Shown here piece after piece: positions 6,770 to 14,184 of a DNA stretch of 14,936 nt. Within the stretch, counting starts at the first letter, position 1, and every line of letters starts with the position of its first letter. A program made the position numbers and the translations under genes. Source of the stretch: Candidatus Heimdallarchaeota archaeon. Its GTDB lineage: Archaea > Asgardarchaeota > Heimdallarchaeia > Heimdallarchaeales > Heimdallarchaeaceae. The DNA lies in contig DAOVET010000059.1 of the NCBI GenBank assembly GCA_030668825.1, forward strand, positions 1 to 14,936. The letters run 5' to 3'. A model generated the notes under the pieces. It saw nothing but the letters and a program-made list of their open reading frames with translations. It had not been told where the DNA came from and ran no database searches.

Positions 6770-8107
6770 TTAGAATCGATGAATTAAATTAGCAATCGTT
6801 TTCATTCCAATAACAAAATCCTCTATGAATATATTCTCATTGGGAGCATGAGCATTTGCATTTGCATGCCCACAACCTATTGATATGCAGGGAACTCCTT
6901 CGAACAAGTACATTGGACCAGATCCTCCAACCATCGGCCAAATGACTGGTTCATGATTCTCAACATCTTTAATTGTATCAACAACTTGCTTGGCAAAAGA
7001 ATCATTGATAGATGTTTGGGCAGCTTGATAGCCATCCCAGCTAGTGATTTCAATATGTTGAAAACCATTATCGTTCCAGAATTTACGAATCTTCTCAACC
7101 AAATCTTTTGCATCTTGTCCAGGAACAAGTCTAAAGTCAACTTTAGCAAAAGCTTCATTTGGAGTGACAGTTTTTCCACCCGGACCCTGATATCCGCTCC
7201 ATAAACCACAAATGTTGCATGTAGGCTCTAAGAAATATTTTTTCTTCAAGTCCAAACCAGTAAGATTCAAACGAAAGCTGTCTATGCCAAAATTTTCCTT
7301 GAATAAGTTTTCCTTCAAATTAAAATCTTCTATAATTTTCATATCTTCAGGTGAGGGTTCAGGGATATTATCGTAGAAACCAGGGACTAGAATTCTATCA
7401 TTTCTGTCTTTCAGTGAAGCTAAAGCCCAACTCATTTCATAAGCAGCATTGTTAACAAATTGTGTATAACCACTGTGGACATCTCTTCCGATAGTATTAG
7501 TTTTCAAATGAAGATAAAGGATACCTTTGACACCCAAATAAACCTCTTGGATGCCATCTCCATCTCTACCTCCAAATTCCCAAATACAACCATCTGCATC
7601 AGTAATGAATTCTTTATTGTTTTTTACAAATTCTTCTAAATTGGGAGAACCAACTTCCTCTTCTCCTTCAATAACAAACTTGACATTAACGGGAAGTTTC
7701 CTAAAAACTTCATTATACGCCTTTATTGCTTGAAGTCTGCAAATTATCTCTCCTTTGTTATCTGAAACACCTCTAGCAAATATTTTTCCTTCTCTAATGG
7801 TTGGTTCAAAAGGAGGAGAATCCCATAAATCTATTGGGTCTTCTGGTTGAACATCATAGTGATCGTAGAATAGAAGGGTTTTGTCTGCTCCAACGTTCAT
7901 CTCTGCACAGAAAACAGGATTGCCAGAAGTTTCTGCTAGAAAATATGTAAATCCAGCTTCTTCAAAATGCTTTGATAGAAACTCAATAGCTTCTGGTCCA
8001 CCAGTTTTTTTAGCAGCAATACTAGGTATTTTAAGTAGTTCACACAAAAGGTCGACTGAAGCATCTTTATTTTGTTCTATTATTTGATAAACATCTTCTA
8101 ATGTCAT
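6770..8107 (-). CDS. M20 family metallopeptidase (ArgE/DapE/CNDP2-like dipeptidase)
   Basis: All metal-ligand motifs are intact: YDHYDVQP, ARGVSDNKG, IEGEEEVGS, CIWE, DVHSG and AHAPNENI. Confidence 0.93.
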   Translation of the reverse strand: MTLEDVYQIIEQNKDASVDLLCELLKIPSIAAKKTGGPEAIEFLSKHFEEAGFTYFLAETSGNPVFCAEMNVGADKTLLFYDHYDVQPEDPIDLWDSPPFEPTIREGKIFARGVSDNKGEIICRLQAIKAYNEVFRKLPVNVKFVIEGEEEVGSPNLEEFVKNNKEFITDADGCIWEFGGRDGDGIQEVYLGVKGILYLHLKTNTIGRDVHSGYTQFVNNAAYEMSWALASLKDRNDRILVPGFYDNIPEPSPEDMKIIEDFNLKENLFKENFGIDSFRLNLTGLDLKKKYFLEPTCNICGLWSGYQGPGGKTVTPNEAFAKVDFRLVPGQDAKDLVEKIRKFWNDNGFQHIEITSWDGYQAAQTSINDSFAKQVVDTIKDVENHEPVIWPMVGGSGPMYLFEGVPCISIGCGHANANAHAPNENIFIEDFVIGMKTIANLIHRF

Positions 8108-8182
8108 ATCTCTCTTGTTTTAATAGAAAATTTAATCTTTAAGACTTTCTCAATAACTTAATATCAGAAAGAAAAGAAGAAT

Positions 8183-9148
8183 CTAAAGTTTGAGTAATTC
8201 CTCATAGATTCCTTTAACTAATCCTAAAATGAGATTTAAATCAGCTGATTTAGTAAGGCCAAATTCTATGTTTTTCTTTTCGATTTTCAAGTAATCCATT
8301 GATTCATGGATTTTAGATAATTTCTCTTCTAACATTAATACTTTCTTAAAAAAATTCCAATCAGCTGAAGTATCACTGTTAAAGACATATTCTCCCTTAT
8401 CACTTGCCTTATCTTTATGGAGAGAAAGTGTAAAGGGTTGTTTTCTCTTTAATATGCCATTAAAACTTAAGATTTCTTCCTTATCCAATTGAACAATAAT
8501 GCCTATAATGAAACTGTAATCGCTTTTATCAGGAAAATTGAATGAAAAGTTTGGTCCAGAATCATCAAAGTAAAACTGCGAATTTTCTGTTTCTAGTAGT
8601 AATAGATTCCCTCTTAATTTTTCCATTATCATTAGTTCTTCTTCTTCAAGAATCTGTTTCATACTAATCATTTTATCCTCAGAACCACCAATTATTGATT
8701 CTTTCATTTTATAATCCCGAAGTTTCTTATTCCCATGAATTGCAAAAGAATATTCGTCTTTAGAACTTATTTTTCCATAAAAAATACCCTTATCTACTCG
8801 TTGCCCATGAAGCCATTCTTGTTGTGAAACAATTCTCGGCTTTCCTGGAACTCTATCTAATCTAGCTTGTCTAGACATTTTTCGATCTGAAATTTCAGGT
8901 ATACCTTTTCTAAATGCCGCTCGTTCTTCTATTGATTTTTCTTGGTTTTTTCCATGAATAGTACGTCGTGTAAGATACAACAATATAGGTAAGGCTATTA
9001 TCGTAATTGGTATCGCAATCAGAAATTGTTGAGGGGTATTAAATGTAAAAACAAATATCAAAACAGCTATAATAAAAAGTAGAATTGCTATAATTTCTAG
9101 ATATCTTTTCCTGATTAATTCTGAATATTGAAAGTCCCCACTCTTCAT
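8183..9148 (-). CDS. Hypothetical membrane protein with two N-terminal TM helices and a large soluble C-terminal domain
   Basis: Hydrophobic segments IIAILLFIIAVLIFVFTF and FLIAIPITIIALPILLYL are flanked by basic residues (RKR before, RRT after). By the positive-inside rule, both termini are cytoplasmic. Confidence 0.8.
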   Translation of the reverse strand: MKSGDFQYSELIRKRYLEIIAILLFIIAVLIFVFTFNTPQQFLIAIPITIIALPILLYLTRRTIHGKNQEKSIEERAAFRKGIPEISDRKMSRQARLDRVPGKPRIVSQQEWLHGQRVDKGIFYGKISSKDEYSFAIHGNKKLRDYKMKESIIGGSEDKMISMKQILEEEELMIMEKLRGNLLLLETENSQFYFDDSGPNFSFNFPDKSDYSFIIGIIVQLDKEEILSFNGILKRKQPFTLSLHKDKASDKGEYVFNSDTSADWNFFKKVLMLEEKLSKIHESMDYLKIEKKNIEFGLTKSADLNLILGLVKGIYEELLKL

Positions 9149-9196
9149 TCTTAAGCTATAATGTAAGCATTCTTCTATATATAATCTCTCATTAAA

Positions 9197-9336
9197 ATGA
9201 GCTCTAGTGCAACAGAAGATGAAAAGTTTAAGAATTACATTCTCTTAATTTACTCATGATAAGAATGTCAGTTGGTTTAGAAGATATCGACGATTTAATA
9301 AAGGATGTAGACCAAGCTCTCTCAAGAATACGATGA
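9197..9336 (+). pseudogene. Remnant of a Cys/Met metabolism PLP-dependent enzyme gene (cystathionine gamma-synthase/lyase or methionine gamma-lyase family)
   Basis: 9256-9336 translates to MIRMSVGLEDIDDLIKDVDQALSRIR*, matching the family C-terminal hallmark IRLSVGLEDxxDLxxDLxQAL. An in-frame stop at 9229 precludes a full gene. An out-of-frame 20-codon ORF (9197-9259, MSSSATEDEKFKNYILLIYS*) precedes it. Confidence 0.75.
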
Positions 9337-9365
9337 AAAATTGGAAAAAAGGGAGGGGAAAGAAT
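9337..9365 (-). terminator. Pyrimidine/T-rich tract downstream of tbp
   Basis: The minus strand after the TAA reads ATTCTTTCCCCTCCCTTTTTTCCAATTTT. Confidence 0.45.
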
Positions 9366-9980
9366 TTAGAAATCAAAAGCGTTGATTTCATCTAAAGTAA
9401 TGTAAGTATTTTCAACAGCTTGGCGAACTTGCGCTTCAGTCTTTGCACCAGTACAAACGAGGTTTCCAGATTGGAATAAGAGAAGAACAGTTTTGGGCTC
9501 TGCAAGTCTGTAAATTAAACCGGGAAATTGTTCAGGTTCATACATGGAGTGTTCTAACCACAATGCTGCTAATTCTAAGTTTATTGTTCTATGATTAAAA
9601 TGACCAGATGCTACAATATTTTGAACTATTATTTCTGGTTCTTCATCTATCTTTGTTCCTACAGTTCTTAGGATTTTGGTCATTTGTACAACTCCCTCAT
9701 GAACCATCTCAGTGGATTTAGCACCAGTTAAAACTAGTTTTCCAGAGCTGAAAACAAGACTTGAAATCTTTGGTTTCTTTATTTTTAATATTAGACCTGG
9801 GAAGGTTTCTGGATTATAACTAACAAATAAATCGTCATCATCAATGAGAGTTTGATAAGCAGTAACTAAATCAATTGTTGTAAAAAGATTGATACTTGCT
9901 ACAACGTTTTGGATTACTATACCATAATCTATTCCTTTTGGTGTCATTTTATCCCATCTATCCTTTATATATTGAGGCAA
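9366..9980 (-). CDS. tbp: TATA-box-binding protein
   Basis: Two TBP repeats: QNVVAS...YNPETFPGLILK...LVFSSGKLVLTGAKS and QNIVAS...YEPEQFPGLIYR...LLFQSGNLVCTGAKT. The start is ambiguous between TTG 9980 and ATG 9947; the latter gives a more typical N-terminal length. Confidence 0.97.
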   Translation of the reverse strand: MPQYIKDRWDKMTPKGIDYGIVIQNVVASINLFTTIDLVTAYQTLIDDDDLFVSYNPETFPGLILKIKKPKISSLVFSSGKLVLTGAKSTEMVHEGVVQMTKILRTVGTKIDEEPEIIVQNIVASGHFNHRTINLELAALWLEHSMYEPEQFPGLIYRLAEPKTVLLLFQSGNLVCTGAKTEAQVRQAVENTYITLDEINAFDF

Positions 9981-9992
9981 CTAAATAACATC

Positions 9993-10099
9993 TATTTAAA
10001 AAGTTTTTTATCTCAAGTTTATTGAAATCGTTCTCTGTTGCATCTAGATGACTTTTACGCGCCTTTCTGATATAGACCATGTTTTATTGAGTATTTAAA
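9993..10099 (-). promoter_or_regulatory. tbp upstream region with two identical TATA boxes
   Basis: TTTAAATA occurs on the minus strand at 10099-10092 and at 10000-9993. Confidence 0.5.
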
Positions 10100-10111
10100 G
10101 GGAGATTTCAA

Positions 10112-10903
10112 CTAATCTTTACAATCACACTTAATATCCAGTATTTTTTGTGCAATAATATTCTTCATTATTTCTTTGATTGTGTCTGTTTTTTCCTTAA
10201 AAATTCTTACAACTTCTTCATGTGTAATTTTTTCTTGCATTCCTGCACCATAATTTGTGATCAAACATAATGTTGTATAACACATTTTTAGCTCTCTGGC
10301 TAGAATAGCTTCAGGAATAGTAGTCATCCCTACTACAGTTCCTCCCATCTTTTGGTACATGATTATTTCAGCTGGTGTTTCAAATCTTGGTCCATCGGCA
10401 CAAACATGAACTCCCTTTGTGTGCACCATCCCACCTATTTCTTCTACAGCCCTTATGTATTGTGTTCTCAATTTTGGACAATAAGGATTTGTATAATCTA
10501 GATGTACAACACCTTGTCTAGAGGTTCCATCACTAAAGTTGATTTTTGTTTGACCATCATAATATGTTAGTGGTCTATGTTTGGTCATATCAATTATCTG
10601 ATCAGGAATAACAAAATCTCCAGGATTAATGCTTGTATCTATTGAACCTACAGCATTAGTAGCAAAAATTCTAGAAACTCCTAATTCATATAGAGCATAA
10701 AGGTTTGCTCTATAATTAATTAAGTGGGGTGGGACTGAATGTTTAGGTCCATGTCTAGGTAGGAAAAATATTTCTTGATCTTTATGTTTGACTTTAGTTA
10801 TATTATCTACTTTACCATAAGGAGTTTTCATAGAAACTTTTTTGGCTTTCTTGAATAAACCATAGACTCCTGACCCGCCTATAATTGCTATTTTGTCTTG
10901 CAT
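10112..10903 (-). CDS. mtnP: MTAP-family purine nucleoside phosphorylase, probably methylthioinosine/6-oxopurine specific
   Basis: Motifs IAIIGGSG, FLPRHG, NYRANL, NAVGS, DGPRFETPAE, VGMT and EAILAREL are present. The base-specificity motif is ITNYG rather than TDYD, and there is a C-terminal CxC. A likely own promoter (CCGAAAAA...TTTTAAG) lies 21-38 nt upstream. Confidence 0.92.
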   Translation of the reverse strand: MQDKIAIIGGSGVYGLFKKAKKVSMKTPYGKVDNITKVKHKDQEIFFLPRHGPKHSVPPHLINYRANLYALYELGVSRIFATNAVGSIDTSINPGDFVIPDQIIDMTKHRPLTYYDGQTKINFSDGTSRQGVVHLDYTNPYCPKLRTQYIRAVEEIGGMVHTKGVHVCADGPRFETPAEIIMYQKMGGTVVGMTTIPEAILARELKMCYTTLCLITNYGAGMQEKITHEEVVRIFKEKTDTIKEIMKNIIAQKILDIKCDCKD

Positions 10904-10945
10904 TAACTATAAATGTAATTTAACTTAAAAGAATTTTTCGGATGA

Positions 10946-10962
10946 AATCCCATCAAGGGATT
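10946..10962 (-). terminator. Short hairpin directly after the bax1 stop codon
   Basis: AATCCC-N5-GGGATT forms a perfect 6-bp stem abutting the TAG at 10965-10963. Confidence 0.3.
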
Positions 10963-12684
10963 CTAAATCAAAGAAATTTCAACTTCATCAATTGATTTCC
11001 ATTTAACAGTACAACCTATATGCTGACAAATTGCTATTAAAGCTTCTTTGAAATCAGGGAATTGGTCTTTTAAAGCCAAAAGAGATGACTTACCGATAGA
11101 TTTCATATGCTTCCGAACAGTCTCAAAAACTTCAGAGTGAACCAATCCATAACTTGTTAAAAATGTCAAGTTAAATTCTTTTAATATTTTATCTACCTCT
11201 GAGGAAGAGAGTATCTTGGTTGTTTCATCTGTTGAATAAGAATTGAATCTTGTATCCAAATCATTGAGAGCTATACTTTTTTTACTCTTGTCTAGTTCCC
11301 TTCCTACTTCTATTATTATCGCTTGAAAAACAGGAAGTCTCTCTTCAAAATCTGAATAATGTTGTTCTAATAGTTGACTTAATTCATTGTTCGGTATCCT
11401 TGTTCCAGTGTAGAATATGTGATTGATTTTTCTCTTTTCTGTGAAATGGGGTTTAAGATTTTCATCAATTACATAGATGATATGAATGTCTACTTTATCT
11501 AACTCCTCCATCTGTTTTTTCTTCTTCAAGATGTATTTTGTTGTATAGAAACCAACAATCTCTAAATAAAGTGTTTTTTCCCCTCGCTGTAAAAGAAAAT
11601 CTGGGACATACATTTTTTTTCCAATAATTATAGCTTCAGGTTCAGGAATTGCCTTCCAACCATGATAATTTCTCCAAGATTTCAAGAATTGATTTTCTAC
11701 TTTAGAATCTATTTCCGGTCTGAAATTGATTCCATCATCTTCATCTGCTTTAAAGGTAGGAAGCAGTGGTAATTCAGGTGAGTTAAGTGAAAACTTTGCC
11801 TTTCTGTTTCTTGGTTTAACAATAGCATTAATTTGGAAATCTATTTCTTCTCGCAATAGAACTCGTAGAATATATGTAGCGACGTTAGCAATGTTCTTCC
11901 CCCATCCTCCCTGCTCAGTATAAAGTTCTAAAGGGGGATGAATTGTAATTCTGTAGCCATCTTCTTCAAGAATTATGTCAGTAAATACATAATTCTTCTT
12001 TGAGAGATAGATGACTTTTTTTGCTAGATATCCTGGTAATTTTTTTATTCGCATTTGAAAATCTATTGAAAAACACAAGATAGTTTCAATCGTGTCATAA
12101 TTTAAATATCTTATTAGCTGTAAAGGATCTATATTTTCATTTTTCAGAAGCACTCTTTCTGAATCTATATCTCTATACAGAAGTTTGTCAAGAGAAAAGG
12201 CAGGAATTCCCAACTCCTGTTCAATTTTGCTAACTATTTCCTCTCTTAATTCATTTGTAACAAAACTATTTTGTTTCCTAGCAACATTTTCATATACTTT
12301 GGATCGAAACTGAGCTGGAGTCATACTAGAAATGGCGTTTTTATTAGAAACACTATCGGCAATAAAAGAGGTGATGTCACTACCAGTCTTCTTAGGTTCT
12401 TTTGTTTTTCTAACTCCTATAATTTCGTCTGTTGATTTAGAAGAATAAGAATAAAACCTCGCAGAAGATGCATTTAGAGATTTGATTATTTTATATGACG
12501 GAAAAAGATCTTCAATAATTTCGAATAATACTTCTGATTTCTTTCTTCCTAAGTTTTTTTCAAGAAATTGAATATAACCAAGAACCTTGTTTCGTTCTTC
12601 TGCTTGTAAGAAAATTGGAACAAACACTGTATTGTTTCCAGTTCCTCTTATTTCATATTCCAAATCAGATAAAGCTATTCTCAT
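10963..12684 (-). CDS. bax1: Bax1 / DUF790 family PD-(D/E)xK endonuclease, partner of XPB
   Basis: DSKVENQF...W...PEPE...YVPDFLL...LYLEIVGFYTTKYILKK matches the DUF790 nuclease core. The gene is translationally coupled to xpb through a TAATG overlap at 12686-12682. Confidence 0.9.
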   Translation of the reverse strand: MRIALSDLEYEIRGTGNNTVFVPIFLQAEERNKVLGYIQFLEKNLGRKKSEVLFEIIEDLFPSYKIIKSLNASSARFYSYSSKSTDEIIGVRKTKEPKKTGSDITSFIADSVSNKNAISSMTPAQFRSKVYENVARKQNSFVTNELREEIVSKIEQELGIPAFSLDKLLYRDIDSERVLLKNENIDPLQLIRYLNYDTIETILCFSIDFQMRIKKLPGYLAKKVIYLSKKNYVFTDIILEEDGYRITIHPPLELYTEQGGWGKNIANVATYILRVLLREEIDFQINAIVKPRNRKAKFSLNSPELPLLPTFKADEDDGINFRPEIDSKVENQFLKSWRNYHGWKAIPEPEAIIIGKKMYVPDFLLQRGEKTLYLEIVGFYTTKYILKKKKQMEELDKVDIHIIYVIDENLKPHFTEKRKINHIFYTGTRIPNNELSQLLEQHYSDFEERLPVFQAIIIEVGRELDKSKKSIALNDLDTRFNSYSTDETTKILSSSEVDKILKEFNLTFLTSYGLVHSEVFETVRKHMKSIGKSSLLALKDQFPDFKEALIAICQHIGCTVKWKSIDEVEISLI

Positions 12685-14087
12685 TAGATCACATCACTTT
12701 GTTTTCTTCTTCTGACTGTTCCAGTCTCAAGACTTTCTGGTGTAACAAGCTCATAGAGGATAGCTTTTCCTTCCTTTGGTCGTAGAATTCTTCCTAATCT
12801 TTGAATAAATTGCCTTGCTTGTCCTGTTCCACTTACTATTATTCCAACATTTACATTTCCACAATCCCACCCCTCATCAAGAACTTTACCAGTAACTATC
12901 TTAGAGTAAGTTCCTCTGCTAAATTTTTGTAGTATATCACTGCGTTCAGCACTCTTTGTTTCATGGGTGATTGCTGGAATTAAATGCCTTCTACTAATAT
13001 CATATACCATATCATTAAACTCTGAAAAAATAATAATATGGTCCTCTTGGTGTTTTACCAGAATTTCTTCGATTTTACTCAGTTTTGCTTTTGATGAAAA
13101 AACAAGATTCCTTGCCATGCGATGAGCATCTAAAGCTTCTTTTGCTTCATGGTCTTGATTTACTCTGAAAATGAGATATCTTTCATAATCTTCAGGAGTT
13201 CTGATTTGAATGTTCCTTTTTCGGAGATAATCTCTATATGTTGCCATGAGCTTATTATAGGTTTCTCGTTCTTCTTTATCTAAAGGCACTTTTATAGTCA
13301 TTTGTTCATATTCTGCTACATATCCTTTTTTTGAAAGATCTGAAACACTAGCAACCTTAATTGGACTCCCAATTAATTTGTATAGACGTTCTTCTCCTCT
13401 ATCAGATCGATCTGGTGTTGCGGTTAGTCCCAAACGATAAGCTGAAGGTAAGCCTTTAAGCACTTTGAGTGTTTCTTTTGATCCTGCATGATGTGCTTCA
13501 TCTAGAATGATAAAATTGAAATTTTTTCTTAGCAAATTAATATTTAATCTTGCACTATCATAAGTTGTTACTGTTATCTCTTTAATCTCTCTTATCTGGT
13601 CTCCAAGTTGACCAATCATGTCATGAGTAAGAGAAGAATATTTCTTCAAGTGCTCTATCCATTGGTAGAGCAAGTTTTTGGTTGGAACAACAATAATCGT
13701 TTTTTGTTTTAGCTTTTCAATAGCTTTTAATCCAATGATGGTTTTCCCTGCTGCAGTTGGTAAAATGACGATGCCTTTTCCATCATTTTGTAGAAATTCA
13801 TCCAAAGCTTGTTCTTGATATTCTCTTAACTCCAGTTTCACTTTGAATTTACCTTGGTAAACTTGAGATAAGCTTGTATCTTGTAAGATGGATGAATTAA
13901 TCTTAATATTCTTTTTTTCTAGAATTTGAATGATTTTGAAATAATTTATTGGTAATGCCCTGTATTCCTTTTCTTTCTTTGGATTAGCTTTTAGGTAGGT
14001 TAATAATTCTCTATCCTCTATTTTTTGATTTGATTCTAGAATAAGATCAAAAGCTACTCTAAAGAATATCTTAACTTCTGTAGGCAT
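12684..14087 (-). CDS. xpb: XPB/Rad25-type SF2 DNA helicase
   Basis: Q-motif LREYQ, motif I LPTAAGKT, Ia VVPT, II DEAHH, III LGLTATP followed by the RED-motif equivalent RSD, V VLDEGWD and VI QRLGRILR. The N-terminal YRALPINYFKII resembles the XPB damage-recognition domain. The gene is adjacent to bax1. Confidence 0.93.
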   Translation of the reverse strand: MPTEVKIFFRVAFDLILESNQKIEDRELLTYLKANPKKEKEYRALPINYFKIIQILEKKNIKINSSILQDTSLSQVYQGKFKVKLELREYQEQALDEFLQNDGKGIVILPTAAGKTIIGLKAIEKLKQKTIIVVPTKNLLYQWIEHLKKYSSLTHDMIGQLGDQIREIKEITVTTYDSARLNINLLRKNFNFIILDEAHHAGSKETLKVLKGLPSAYRLGLTATPDRSDRGEERLYKLIGSPIKVASVSDLSKKGYVAEYEQMTIKVPLDKEERETYNKLMATYRDYLRKRNIQIRTPEDYERYLIFRVNQDHEAKEALDAHRMARNLVFSSKAKLSKIEEILVKHQEDHIIIFSEFNDMVYDISRRHLIPAITHETKSAERSDILQKFSRGTYSKIVTGKVLDEGWDCGNVNVGIIVSGTGQARQFIQRLGRILRPKEGKAILYELVTPESLETGTVRRRKQSDVI

Positions 14088-14094
14088 TATTCTT

Positions 14095-14128
14095 CCTCCA
14101 GTTTAAATACTAGTTTTAAATATAAAAA
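14095..14128 (-). promoter_or_regulatory. Shine-Dalgarno (GGAGG, 14099-14095) and TATA-like element for the xpb-bax1 operon
   Basis: The minus strand reads TTTTTATATTTAAAACTAGTATTTAAACTGGAGGAAGAATA-ATG, with GGAGG 7 nt from the ATG. Confidence 0.55.
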
Positions 14129-14159
14129 GACTGCTTAATTAAAGAGTCTGAACACTTGA

Positions 14160-14184
14160 GTAAAAAGAAAAATAAAAAGAGAAG
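14160..14184 (-). terminator. Oligo-T tract after the last gene
   Basis: The minus strand after the TAG reads CTTCTCTTTTTATTTTTCTTTTTAC. Confidence 0.5.

Noticed and set aside
6351-8087. Short ORFs 6351-6572, 6877-7209, 6953-7204, 7551-7733 and 7881-8087
   Set aside because: These are shadow ORFs overlapping the well-supported C69 and M20 peptidase genes.
10029-10044. Minus-strand TGCAACAGAGA resembling a conserved RNase P RNA segment
   Set aside because: The intergenic space is only ~130 nt and AT-rich and lacks the GAGGAAAGUCC and terminal P4 motifs, so this is a chance match.
10963-14087. Helicase + PD-(D/E)xK nuclease pair as a novel defence or restriction system
   Set aside because: The motifs and the TAATG coupling match the known archaeal XPB-Bax1 repair module, and there is no methylase or defence-island context.
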